Below, piece by piece: positions 23,322-33,901 of a DNA stretch of 64,000 nt. Location: the NCBI GenBank assembly GCA_003427395.1, contig BFEA01000014.1, forward strand, positions 87,754-151,753, given 5' to 3'. The notes below the pieces were generated by a model. The model worked only from the letters and a program-made list of their open reading frames with translations. It did no database searches and had not been told where the DNA came from. Positions within the stretch are counted from its first letter, which is position 1. Every line of letters starts with the position of its first letter. Source of the stretch: Chara braunii. Its lineage: Eukaryota > Plantae > Charophyceae. Both the position numbers and the translations under genes were made by a program.

Positions 23322-24662
23322 CAAAAGAAAAATACGTAAAGCAAAAAAAAGGGAGAAAAGGACGAGGGCTGTAACAGGCTGTGACGTCGGCTGCGTCGAT
23401 CACGTAGAATCCTAGTCGTTCCTTGCTCTCTGGAAGAAAGCGGAATGGTAAGACCAAACGAACACAGGTGATGAAGACGGTGGAGGAAGGAAAAAGGAGG
23501 AGAAGAAGAGAAGAAGCGACAAGAGGGAAGGAGAGCCGAGAGGAGGCGATTACAGTATTTCCTGTATTGGCAAGCAGCGGATAATACTGTGCACATATAA
23601 CAGCACAGGGAGAGAAGGAAGGGATACGTAGGAGAGAAGGAGCGAGGAAATAGAGAGGCAGAGGAGAAAAGGAGGAGAGGGAGGACGACAAAAGGAGAGG
23701 GACATGGACAGGAAGGGAGGGAAGACCAAATAGAGGGAGGAGATGAATTACTATTGTAAGGTAAGAACCCAAAGATGACACACACACGTAAGATCATCGA
23801 GATAAATTGTAGACAAAGAACAAGAAGAGCGACAAGATTTGAAAAAGAAGGAGAGAAGAGGAAGAGCTACTCATTACTGTGTCTTCAACGCGCACAAGGA
23901 GCCCTCATCTCTTTCTTCTGAACTCGGCCTCGATAGTCCTCTTGCGCTGCTGACATTACTCCATCGCGTTGCGATCTGGTCCACCCTAAATGCGCCGGTT
24001 AGTTGGGGAGTAATCCTCTCCGCTCACAATCCGCCTACGCGGCTTCCATCCACCCTAAATGCTTCTTGAACTCGATTTCGCGGCTAACATCCGCCTACGC
24101 GGCTCCTTTCTTGTCAGGCATGTTACGCCACGGGCCCGTCTCGACTCCCTACCGTCTTCCCCCGAACACAAAGCACCCTGGTAATGCATGTATACAAGCT
24201 ATCCTTCGGGTCCGGTGCAGCCAACATGACGGTGCGTTGTGTCCCGGAGGAAGACGGTAGGTGTCGTCGTTACATAGCGACGGATTGAGAGAGGGACGGG
24301 GGAAGGTGGCGTCAAAGCGGGACAGGAATAAACAGGGGAAAAAGAGGGAGAGAGAGAGACAGGAAAGAAAGGGAGAGTGAGGGCGAGAGGAGAGGAGAGA
24401 GATAGAAAGAGAGATAGAGAGTGGAGGGGAGGAGGCGGAAGGTCAGTGAACGGAAGAGGAGTACGGGAGAAAGAGGGAGAGAGAGAGAGAGAGGGAGACA
24501 CTGGAAAGGAAGGACGAGAAAGGGCGAGAGAAGGGGAAAGAGAGGGATAAGAAGGGAGGGAGGAGAGAGCATAGAAGGAGCCACGACATTGGCCAAGAAG
24601 ACGACAACACCGAGTCGTTTAGGGAGAAGAGGAAGGAGGAGAGCGACGCCGTGACTACTTAC

Positions 24663-24669
24663 CCGCCAT
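24663..24669 (-). CDS. ASPM: Proposed first coding micro-exon of the ASPM-like gene (ATG GCG G)
   Basis: Minus strand reads ATGGCGG|GTAAGT. Phase 1 matches the acceptor at 13655, giving MADDISDKEN. It is followed by a pyrimidine-rich intron and preceded by the MSA motif cluster. Confidence 0.55.
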
Positions 24670-25007
24670 CGTCGTGATGAGCGCCCTTTCGCCCGTAGAC
24701 AACAGCCGAAATGCATACCCCGCCCTTTCGCCCGTAGACAACAGCTGGAACGCATACGCGCGCCCTTTCGCCCGTAGGCAACAGCCGAAACACATACGGC
24801 GGGCTACAGTCAGTATCAGTAGATGCAGCGACAAGGCGACAAGGCGCCAAGGCGCCAAGCCACATTCGAATTCGAATACTCCGAAACTCGCGCGCCCTGA
24901 AAACAAACTACCGACACCGAAAAAAAACAAATAATATGTAATATAACAAGCAAAAAAAAACAAAAAGTGAGAGAAAAAGAAACGGACCAACAACGCCTGC
25001 TGCTCTA

Positions 25008-25132
25008 CCAACGGGCCTACCGCCGGTAGCTTTGTTGGCACAACCAAATGAAGTGCTGAGTTCGAGGGCTAGGTCCCACTTGCACGAACGAATTAAGAGA
25101 TACTGACCGTTGATAGCAAAGATCAACGGCCA
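25008..25132. promoter_or_regulatory. Cluster of MSA-like (AACGG) mitosis-specific activator elements, putative ASPM promoter
   Basis: CCAACGG at 25008, TGACCGTTGA at 25104-25113 (rc TCAACGGTCA) and TCAACGGCCA at 25123-25132. The cluster lies about 340-460 bp upstream of the proposed ATG. Confidence 0.55.
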
Positions 25133-26837
25133 AAATCTCCTAATTTGCGCAAGTGGTGGGACCTTGCCCCGAGTCCGGCGGAAACGAGATTGAAATTCTC
25201 GGATTACCTTGCCGAAACAAAAAGAAAAGAAATAAAAGAGATCTCGCTACTCTCCAACTCGAACTGGCATCGGCGCGGGGCAGAGTACTGCTAAAACCGG
25301 CCTACCTCATCGCATTCGCGCAATCGGACCCCAAAAGTTTTTTTTGTTTTTTGTTTTTTGTTTTTCCCCCAATAGTTTCGACTGACCTCTGAACGAAATT
25401 GTGGTCAGACGCCATCAGGGGGTTTCCAAAAACAACAAAACAATTGTGGTCAGATGCCATCAGGGTTTGCTGTAATGGCGGTAAAATACATCCAACAAAG
25501 TCCCACTGTCAATCTGCTATCAGAAAAGACCGTTCGCAGAGCGGATCCGGCGCCGCCCGCCACATGTGGAGGCGAAGGACGGGGACGCGTTAAAACTTCC
25601 GGACTGTTCGATCGGCTTGGTTGGCAGATCGAACGGCAGCGAAGTACCGGGACCTAAGTCCGTCGACATCAGGTCAGGGACAAGTTCCCATTCGCCGGAA
25701 TTCTTCCCGCTGGACGGCAGGCCCAGCGGATCAAGGGCCAGAAAGCGGATCAAGAATTCTTGTAGATGGGACCTTGGCCCCGGCTGTGCGATCCCACACT
25801 TACAACATGCCTTTCTTGGATATCTTTGAGCAGAATTACCGCCAGAATCAGAGCATGCTCACGCTGGGAATGTCCTGGACGTATCGGACTGCAATCACAG
25901 ACAGTGCTGCACGTACTTACCGAAGTTGCGGGAGACCCATTGGGGAATCCCCGGAGACCCAATTGGGAATCCCCGACAGAAATGCGGGAGGAAAGTGACA
26001 TCTGGGCAGCTACTACGGTCTCCCTTACACAGTCTGACAGACTCCTGCTAGACAGACCCCTTACACTGGAGGAGATAACAGAAGCTAGGGCTCGGACCCC
26101 ACCGCCCGGCAGCTGGAAAAGGGAAGTGGCCGTGAAAAGCTGGCTACCGTCCCTGGAAAGTTTTTGGCAGTTTTGGAAGCGACCACACCGCCAAGTGCTG
26201 GCGGTGTTTTGGAAGCGGGCTGGCTTTCCGCAATAGGAAACCCGGTAGGGGCCCGTCCTGAAAAGGAAAGTGCGGACGGCCTGCATGGACCAGCGGACAT
26301 GTCCTCGCATATGGATTGTCCGTTGGGGGGGTTGCGGCGCATGCCGTACACGCCAGCGAGCGACGGAGCGCGGAGTCCCAGTGCGACGTCACAAACAGAA
26401 GGAGGTTCCGGATGAGGCAACAGCCATTTTTGTTCGTGCCGTTGCCGGTCACCTGCCCAGATAAGATTGAAAACGGACGTTGGGTCTATGGGTATGTTGT
26501 CGGTCCTGTTCTCTCTGCAGTCGTTGGCACCCGGGGGAGATTGCAGAGCACCTGCCCGTGGCACTCGCCATTCCCCTGCGGACAGTGGGGTTCCATAGCT
26601 GACGGAGACGGTTGCTGTGTCACCGACTCAGTGGACACGTCACACGTTGTGCCCGGATGGAAGCCATGGATGCGTCAGGAGGAGGTGTGCGGCATCCTCA
26701 CAGCGAGGATGCATTGGTCATGCTGGTTCTCTTCCTGTTCCAGTGGGTGAACAGACGGAACGCAGCAGCGTTGGCGGTTGTGGAGGCAGTATCGGTGATG
26801 CCTTTCCTCTTTCCTCCACCAAAATGTCTCCGCTGCG

Positions 26838-28019
26838 GTGACACTCCTAGCGGGGGGGATCTTGCACGGTTTTGCGTTGGGTTCGTTGGCTATGGAGGAG
26901 ATGGGGAGGACAATGGACCGCAGACGTCGTCTGTGGGTGTTGGAGCGCAGCGGCGGTGTGTGGAAGGACCTCCGGCGAGTGGGGGGTGAGCATGACAAGG
27001 TATTTGTGTGGTTTTGCAGACTCCCACGCCCGTTGTTCTTCGAAGTTCTCGCTCGCATCAGCCCGCACATCCAACGCTCGACCACGAACTTCAGACAGCC
27101 AATACCCGCCGGACAGAAGTTCGCATGTGCTCTGATGAGATGGGCAACTGGCGGATATTACAGGCAGTCCTCCCATAGTTTGGGCATGGGCCTCGCGAGT
27201 GATTTGCGCAGCAATGAGGACGTGGCAGACGCCCTAATCCGGGAGTACGGGCACCTGCTACGCTTCCCTACAGGACAACGGCTAGATGACGTGCAGAACG
27301 GCTTCGAGCGAAAAGGGTTCCCCGGGTGTGTGGGCGCAATAGATTGCACCCATCTATATATAGAGAAGCCGAAGGGAGAGCGATCGGAGTGCTATTATCA
27401 CCACACTGGGGGGGGTTCGGTTGTTGCACAAGTAGTGTGCGACCACGAGTGTCGGATTTGTTGCGTTTATGTGGGATGCCCGGGGTCTGTGCATGATTCC
27501 AGAGTTGTGCGCATGTCGCCACTCTACGTACAGGCTACGTCGGGTACAAGAGTGTTGGCTGAGGGGGGTGCCATGCTACACGACGGTAGACATATTGGGC
27601 GGTATCTGCTTGGTGATCAAGGGTACCCCCTTCTCCCTTGGCTCATGACTCCTTTCGGCCGGTTTGCTGTGACGTCAGCGGATCATGCCTTCGACGTGAG
27701 TCAGAGTGCAGCAAGGTCGTGCATCGAGCGGACATTTGGTCGTTTGAAAGCGGTATGGAGGAACTTCATTCGCAGACACATTTGCAACTTGAAGACTGTC
27801 TGCAAAGAGTTCATGGTCGTGTGCATTCTTCACAACCTCATGATTGACCACGGCGTGGAGATCGACCCGACATTGCCGGACTTGAACATCGAGGCTGCGC
27901 CGGAGGATGACCCTACTTATGGGGGGGATCTCGCCAAACACGTCAGGGCAAGCCTGGTTGAGCACGTGCGGCACCACACTGCAGTCTACGGAGCTTCGGC
28001 GCCATGCCCGTGGCGGTAG
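26838..28019 (+). CDS. Harbinger DDE transposase (HARBI1-like, DDE_Tnp_4); N-terminus probably frameshifted upstream of 26838
   Basis: Motifs FRLPR-like HTH lead-in, GFPGCVGAIDCTH, PGSVHDS, LLGDQGYP, IERTFGRLK and CILHN. Confidence 0.93.
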   Translation: MTLLAGGILHGFALGSLAMEEMGRTMDRRRRLWVLERSGGVWKDLRRVGGEHDKVFVWFCRLPRPLFFEVLARISPHIQRSTTNFRQPIPAGQKFACALMRWATGGYYRQSSHSLGMGLASDLRSNEDVADALIREYGHLLRFPTGQRLDDVQNGFERKGFPGCVGAIDCTHLYIEKPKGERSECYYHHTGGGSVVAQVVCDHECRICCVYVGCPGSVHDSRVVRMSPLYVQATSGTRVLAEGGAMLHDGRHIGRYLLGDQGYPLLPWLMTPFGRFAVTSADHAFDVSQSAARSCIERTFGRLKAVWRNFIRRHICNLKTVCKEFMVVCILHNLMIDHGVEIDPTLPDLNIEAAPEDDPTYGGDLAKHVRASLVEHVRHHTAVYGASAPCPWR

Positions 28020-28907
28020 TGGTGTTCTGTCGACATAAAAGTCGCACGTGCTCAACCAGGCTGATGCTGATGGTCGATTATCCACATCATTTGGGGAGAT
28101 GGTGATAGGGTCGAAGAAGAGCTTGCTGTAGCTGATGGTCGATCATCCACAGCGGTGTGTTCGTAGAGAAGTCGTGTGTGTGTCATTTACGTCGTTCGTA
28201 GATCCTGTCGGGTTGATAGGAGTGTAGTCTTCGTTAGACGCAACGGAAGATTGTGTCCGGGACGGGGGGGTTTGAAAACCCGTCGGTGCGAATTTCATGG
28301 TCGTTGTGCTTCGTAATTATAATTGGTAAACACTTTTGTTGGTTGTCTTCATTCGCAGTCGGTCATGATGTTTGTCCGTTTCGTCATTTAATATTTGTTC
28401 AGCCATGCATATGAACACATATATCAAAGCATTTGATGTCAGTCAACACAGAGAGGGTANAGCATTCCTTTGATCTCATAATGTAATCTTTGTTCACCCA
28501 TGCACAAAAAGCATATGAATTCAAGCAATTAATGTTGCGAAATGTATAATTGGAAATGATATACCACCCATGCATATGAACATACGAACATATTAATTCA
28601 CTCGTGCATGTAAAAATTTGAACACATATCTTTACAGAAAGCGGGAGACAAGTTTCCACCAATAACATGCGGACGTGGAAAGTTTTTGGCACACACGACG
28701 ATCATTCCTTGGACGACCATGAACAACCGAATGTAAAATTCACGACAAAAGCCTTGAACACACCCAATGTGAACATGAAATCGGAGCACAATAGCAGCAC
28801 GGTGTCCGGGTAAAGAAACCGCCCAACAATTGGTTTAAGGGCGACACACACAAAATTGCGACGACGGCTACAAACACAAACATGCACATAACCCAAAAAA
28901 ACATTAA

Positions 28908-28949
<42 letters not shown>

Positions 28950-29077
28950 CGGTACGCAGAATCCGAAACGGGTTACAAAAACCGCCGACTCCTTTACGAG
29001 TTCGTTTATATATGCAACAGAATGACTTCAAAATTCGTCGATACTTGTGTCGTTGGGACGATTCACCCGAGTAGACG

Positions 29078-29118
29078 ACATCATCACCATCATCCTCGTC
29101 ATCATCATCGTCGGGGAC

Positions 29119-29165
<47 letters not shown>

Positions 29166-29345
29166 TATTATCATCATCATCATCATCATCGCCATCAGCA
29201 TCATCATCATCTCCATCATCACCATCAACGTCATCATCGCAACCATCATCATCACCATCACCAACATCATCATTGTCATCATCGTCATCATCGTCATCAT
29301 CATCATCATCATCATCATCTCCATCGTCACCATCAACAGCATCAC

Positions 29346-29385
<40 letters not shown>

Positions 29386-29611
29386 TCCATCGTCACCATC
29401 AACAGCATCACCATCATCAGCATCACCATCATCAGCATCATGATGTCACCAACGCCCCCATCGTCATCAACATCATCGTCATCAACATCATCGTCATCAA
29501 CATCATCGTCATCANGCATCACCATCATCAGCATCATGATGTCACCAACGCCCCCATCGTCATCAACATCATCGTCATCAACATCATCGTCATCAACATC
29601 ATCGTCATCAA

Positions 29612-29649
<38 letters not shown>

Positions 29650-29650
29650 A

Positions 29651-29724
<74 letters not shown>
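29078..29724. repeat. (CAT)n-derived compound microsatellite followed by (TC)n
   Basis: Read directly. It explains the poly-His/Ile/Met/Asp ORFs in the track. Confidence 0.97.
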
Positions 29725-29727
<3 letters not shown>

Positions 29728-29843
29728 AACTGCAAACAAACGAATGGACTCCAGCGAACCCGGAACACACAGAAGAGGGACATTCATGGCGCTTCGGTTG
29801 TACACGTCCTCTGTCTTCGGTCAGTGTGACAAGCACCGCCGAT

Positions 29844-30566
29844 TCAAGGCCTCACTTCCCCGTGCAGATACGGCCTGCCCACCAACGGCGGATCAAAAGT
29901 GCACCTAAAAAACGGGAGCGGATCAAGGCGGCGTGCGTACAGGTCGGCAAGCGTGGAGATGTAAAGAAGCACGATCTCCCCCGCCAGATCAACGGGATGG
30001 CCGCCCCACTCGTTCGGGATCACATCCCCGACCTTTGTGACGAAGATGAACACATGTCCTTGTTCGTTTCCGAAAAATCCCAACCCCACCTCCATCTTCA
30101 TAGCGGGGACCTCATCCACATCGACTTCATATAAACGGATGGAGCGACGTGTCACTCCATTCGCGAACTCGAAGTCCCTCGTGTGGTACCCGTCGCACTA
30201 GTGGATCATCTCGTAGACCATAACCCGTCTGCCGTCGATCAGACCACGGTAGAAGACACGCACATCCATCCCTTTGCGTGCCCCTCCCTCCACTCTGTCT
30301 TTGCCTTTCACCAGATCCCTCCCCTTCTCGGAAATGCGAAATGGAGCCGGCCGATTTTACGGTCACTATGCGATGGACCGCGCACCCCCACACCCTCCAC
30401 ACGCCGCTATACAACCAACATCACCAGCGGAGATAGTCCGTGTCGGCATGCTACTGCCTCGCCTTTGGAAAGTGCGATCACTGCCGACGAGAACCCGTTC
30501 TTTAAACACGTGCCTCGGGATGGCCCGCTGGTGTGGTGCGCTGTCACAATCGACGTTTGCGGCCAT
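29844..30566 (-). pseudogene. Degenerate third ORF inside the Harbinger, function unknown
   Basis: One reading frame of 241 codons with a few internal stops, joining track ORFs 30366..30581 and 29844..30155. Its C-terminal part looks protein-like. Confidence 0.45.
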
Positions 30567-30993
30567 GCTCACAAAGAACAATACCGACCCCCACCTTTTC
30601 TTTTGCCATTTTTTTTTTTTTCCCCATCAATTCGTATCCCGATTGACGATTCTGTCCTCCGGCAGAAATCGAACGGCCATGCACATGTCCCCGCCGATGG
30701 CCGTCGACCGTCGAAAGCCCCATGCATGTATATATGTACATATAGACATGCATGAGACTCTCGACGGTCGAATGCAATCGGCGGGGACATGCGAACGGCC
30801 TGTTCGATTTCCGTCGGAGGATAGATCGATATATATATATATATATCATCACAAATAGAACTGCCCGGTAAACCGTAGGCAGAGAGAGAGAAGAGGACAA
30901 CAAACGAGGGGTTGTGACAAACTGTTTCGTCGGAGTTTCACCTATATATATATATATATGTATATATATATACATATTTTTATATATATGTTT

Positions 30994-32511
30994 TTAATCG
31001 AGATGAAGGGTCTGTATCCCGACCCGTTTCAGTGGAGAGACCTCCATTCGCTCCTTGCGGGCTAGAACCCCAACTAGCAACTCCAGAACACTGTTCCCAC
31101 CCCGCATCGCGTCGGCCACATCCCCTATCCGAGTGGCAATTGCGGTGCCTGCGTCTGCGGTGGCTTTGGCAAGGGAGGTGGCCGCTTTGTCCAGGCCATC
31201 ACACTACGAGTGTGTAGAATCTTCCATGGCCCTCCCCATACTCGTGCCACTGCTACTGCCATCTTCCCTTCTCGCCTTCCCGGTGACCATCCGCCTCATT
31301 TTCGCAGAATTATCCGATTCCGCGCATCTTTCATCCAATCCTCCCGCCGGTAATGGATCTGTTCCATCCCCCGATAGGTTCTTCGAAGCCAAGGTGTTGT
31401 CACACCTCATCGACGACCGGTTTAGTTTCCACTGCATAGCGTCCCACATCGGTTTTTTAAAAGACAGCGGGAGATTCTTCTCCTTTCGTTCCTCCACAGA
31501 TAGATCCCAATCCGACGACTGTTCAGACGTGTGACACTTTTCGACGATGAGCTTCGCCGTCTGCAGCATGTTGGACCACTTATTGCGGCAGTCTTCAGCG
31601 GTCCTGTGTTTGAAGCCAGCGTCCTTCATCCTATCGGTCACCCATGCATACCGCTCTTTGCTCTGCTTGAATCGGTGTTGGCCGTTAGCATCCGCCATAA
31701 GGGCATCGTCCTCGCCTATAACGAATGCAAGCTTCACTCGCTCGTCCAACGTCCATGGCACGCTTTGCTTCTTTTGAGCCGGCGGTCGAGCATTCGCCGG
31801 CCGCCTGCTCCCTTCCCCGCCTTCCGCACCCCGGCCCTGCGCATCACCCTGCTCGCCCATCGACCTTGCCATCACTGGAACAACACTTTCGTGTTTTTGC
31901 ATGACCGTCTTCACCGGCTCCTTCGGAAACGGCGGCGCCTTTGTCGTACGGTGAATCCATGCGAGTCTCGGGAGACACCGGCCGCATGTTCGTACGATTC
32001 CACGGGCCGTCCGTGTGAAAGCCCACCTGAGGAGATGGAGAACACCGCATGCCGAACGACCGCACCGTGCTCTGGGTGCATTGGGGAGACCAAGGTGCGC
32101 CACCCATGTCCATGTTCCGTGCGCCCGCCGCCGGCATGCCAAAACCTGCACCCATGCTTGTCCCTTCTGTGCATGCCCTCGCTGCATACAAATCGCACTG
32201 CTGTTGGACGGAGAAAGAGTGATCATCAACGGCGAAACCACCGTCGTCCCGCATGTCCACCGCTGGTGGACAACCATGCAGAAGGCCTGCATGCAACCTC
32301 TCGGGAGAATGTCTACCACACCCTCTATCGAAGGGCAACGACGGGGAAGGCGCACGTGAGGGGAAGTACTGACGTTGCACGACTGACGTTGATTGACGCA
32401 CGACGGCAAAGGAATGCATGCTCGGGAACCCCTGCCCGCGAGAATGGGGCCGTGCATGCACACGATCGTCGTGCATGTCAGTACTACCATCGGAACGAAC
32501 TTCGACGTCAC
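30994..32511 (-). pseudogene. Harbinger ORF2, Myb/SANT (trihelix-like) DNA-binding protein with a premature stop at 31204-31206
   Basis: WTLDERVKL...YAWVTDRMKDAGFKHRTAEDCRNKWSNM is a Myb/SANT pattern. The frame continues after the TAG as helical CDGLDKAATSLAKATADAG...LELLVGVLARK to a TAA at 30994. The true start is uncertain. Confidence 0.85.
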
Positions 32512-33901
32512 CCGTCCAATGTGTGGACTCCATTACCGAACTGCCACCGGAGCACACCGCGTAATCAATAACGAAAGGTGGCACCTTTGGCCCCACCCGT
32601 ACGGAGGATGACTACAGACGCCTGCAGAGAAGGCCAATGGCAACGAACGTGACAACTAACGACAAAAGCAAGACCCCTACCACGAAGGCGAGGACGATAA
32701 TGACTGCTACGCCCACAACGAGCAGCGACACATCTTCCACGGGGCCACCACAACGCCCGTTCGCCACGACGACAACCACATGACATCCCCTCACAGAACT
32801 GCAGCGACACCCCTCACCAGACCCATGTGTAGATGGCGTCGTGCTGTCTCCGATCGCCACGTGTCCACTTTTGACCTGCACACGCTCTCCTGCACTTCTG
32901 CCAACATCCGCTTGTCGATTACACAACGGAGGACCTGCGCTGCAGGCTGGAGATCGCAGTGAATGGACGACGAAAGATGCGGATGGGGTTCTCTGTGGGG
33001 CAGCCGTCGGAGTGAACAGCGACAACGACGTTGGAACAACCACATCACCACAACCACTGCCACGGAAAGAGGCTCGCGCAGCTGCACGTCCGGAGTTGAA
33101 CACAGGAAACTGCAGTAGCGTCCGGACCGCAGTGGAGGCATCCGAATGCGTCCAACAACAACTCCACAAAGGACGACCGTGGGACATGGAAGCACCTTGG
33201 ACGGAAGCCACACGCCTGAAACACGCAAGTCCTGTGAGTACTCGCATGGCAGATCGACCTTCCACTCGGTGCTCGAACGAAGAAGACAACTTCAGACCAG
33301 CAAGGTCGTGACAAAAACTGCGGCCACGTGATCGACAGAGAGCACAATGGCCTGTATTCCTTCTCTCCGCCCAAAGTACTTCTTGGCACGGTGGAAAATT
33401 TCGTTCAAACACCGTTTGAATTCAAATTTGCCGCTCCCGCGTTTCGAAATGCAGCGGGACCACGGCGGGGGACCATCTGAAGGGACCGCGTACGGCCCGT
33501 TTGGACGAAAAGTGCGACACGACGTTCGACCGCTGCGTTTCGGCCTGGTCCGCCCCGACGTACGAGACGCCCGTTTTGTGAACCACACGCGGCCGGCAGT
33601 GATGGAAACTTTTCGGCACTTTCGAGCCCCTACCCGTTTGGAGGACGTTTTGGAAGACGGCCGCCGGTTTCTGGCGGATATTTTCCAGCCGCCAGTCGAG
33701 TAGAAACACGGCCAACAGTGTTTCCAGAATGGCAGTGGGGTCTGTAAAAGACATTGGCATACCGTCGGCGATGCATCTGGCGGCCCAATGGGGTCCGCAA
33801 TTGCCCTTCCATGCCAAAACTTTTCCAGCCGCCGGTCAGTGGGATCCGGGTGTTGACGGTCCAGGTAATGACGGTCCGGGTGATGCCAAAACTTTTCCAG
33901 C

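Larger units (their letters stand above)
26088..33850. mobile_element. PIF/Harbinger DNA transposon, about 7.8 kb
   Basis: TIR-like ends CTCGGACCCCACCGCCCGGCAGCTGGAAAA (left) and rc CCCGGATCCCACTGACCGGCGGCTGGAAAA (right), about 25/30 matching. Subterminal TTTTCCAG/CTGGAAAA repeats, with convergent transposase and Myb ORFs. Confidence 0.88.

Noticed and set aside
29022-30134. 370-aa His-rich ORF and overlapping poly-Ile/Met ORFs
   Set aside because: These are translations of (CAT)n/(TC)n microsatellites.
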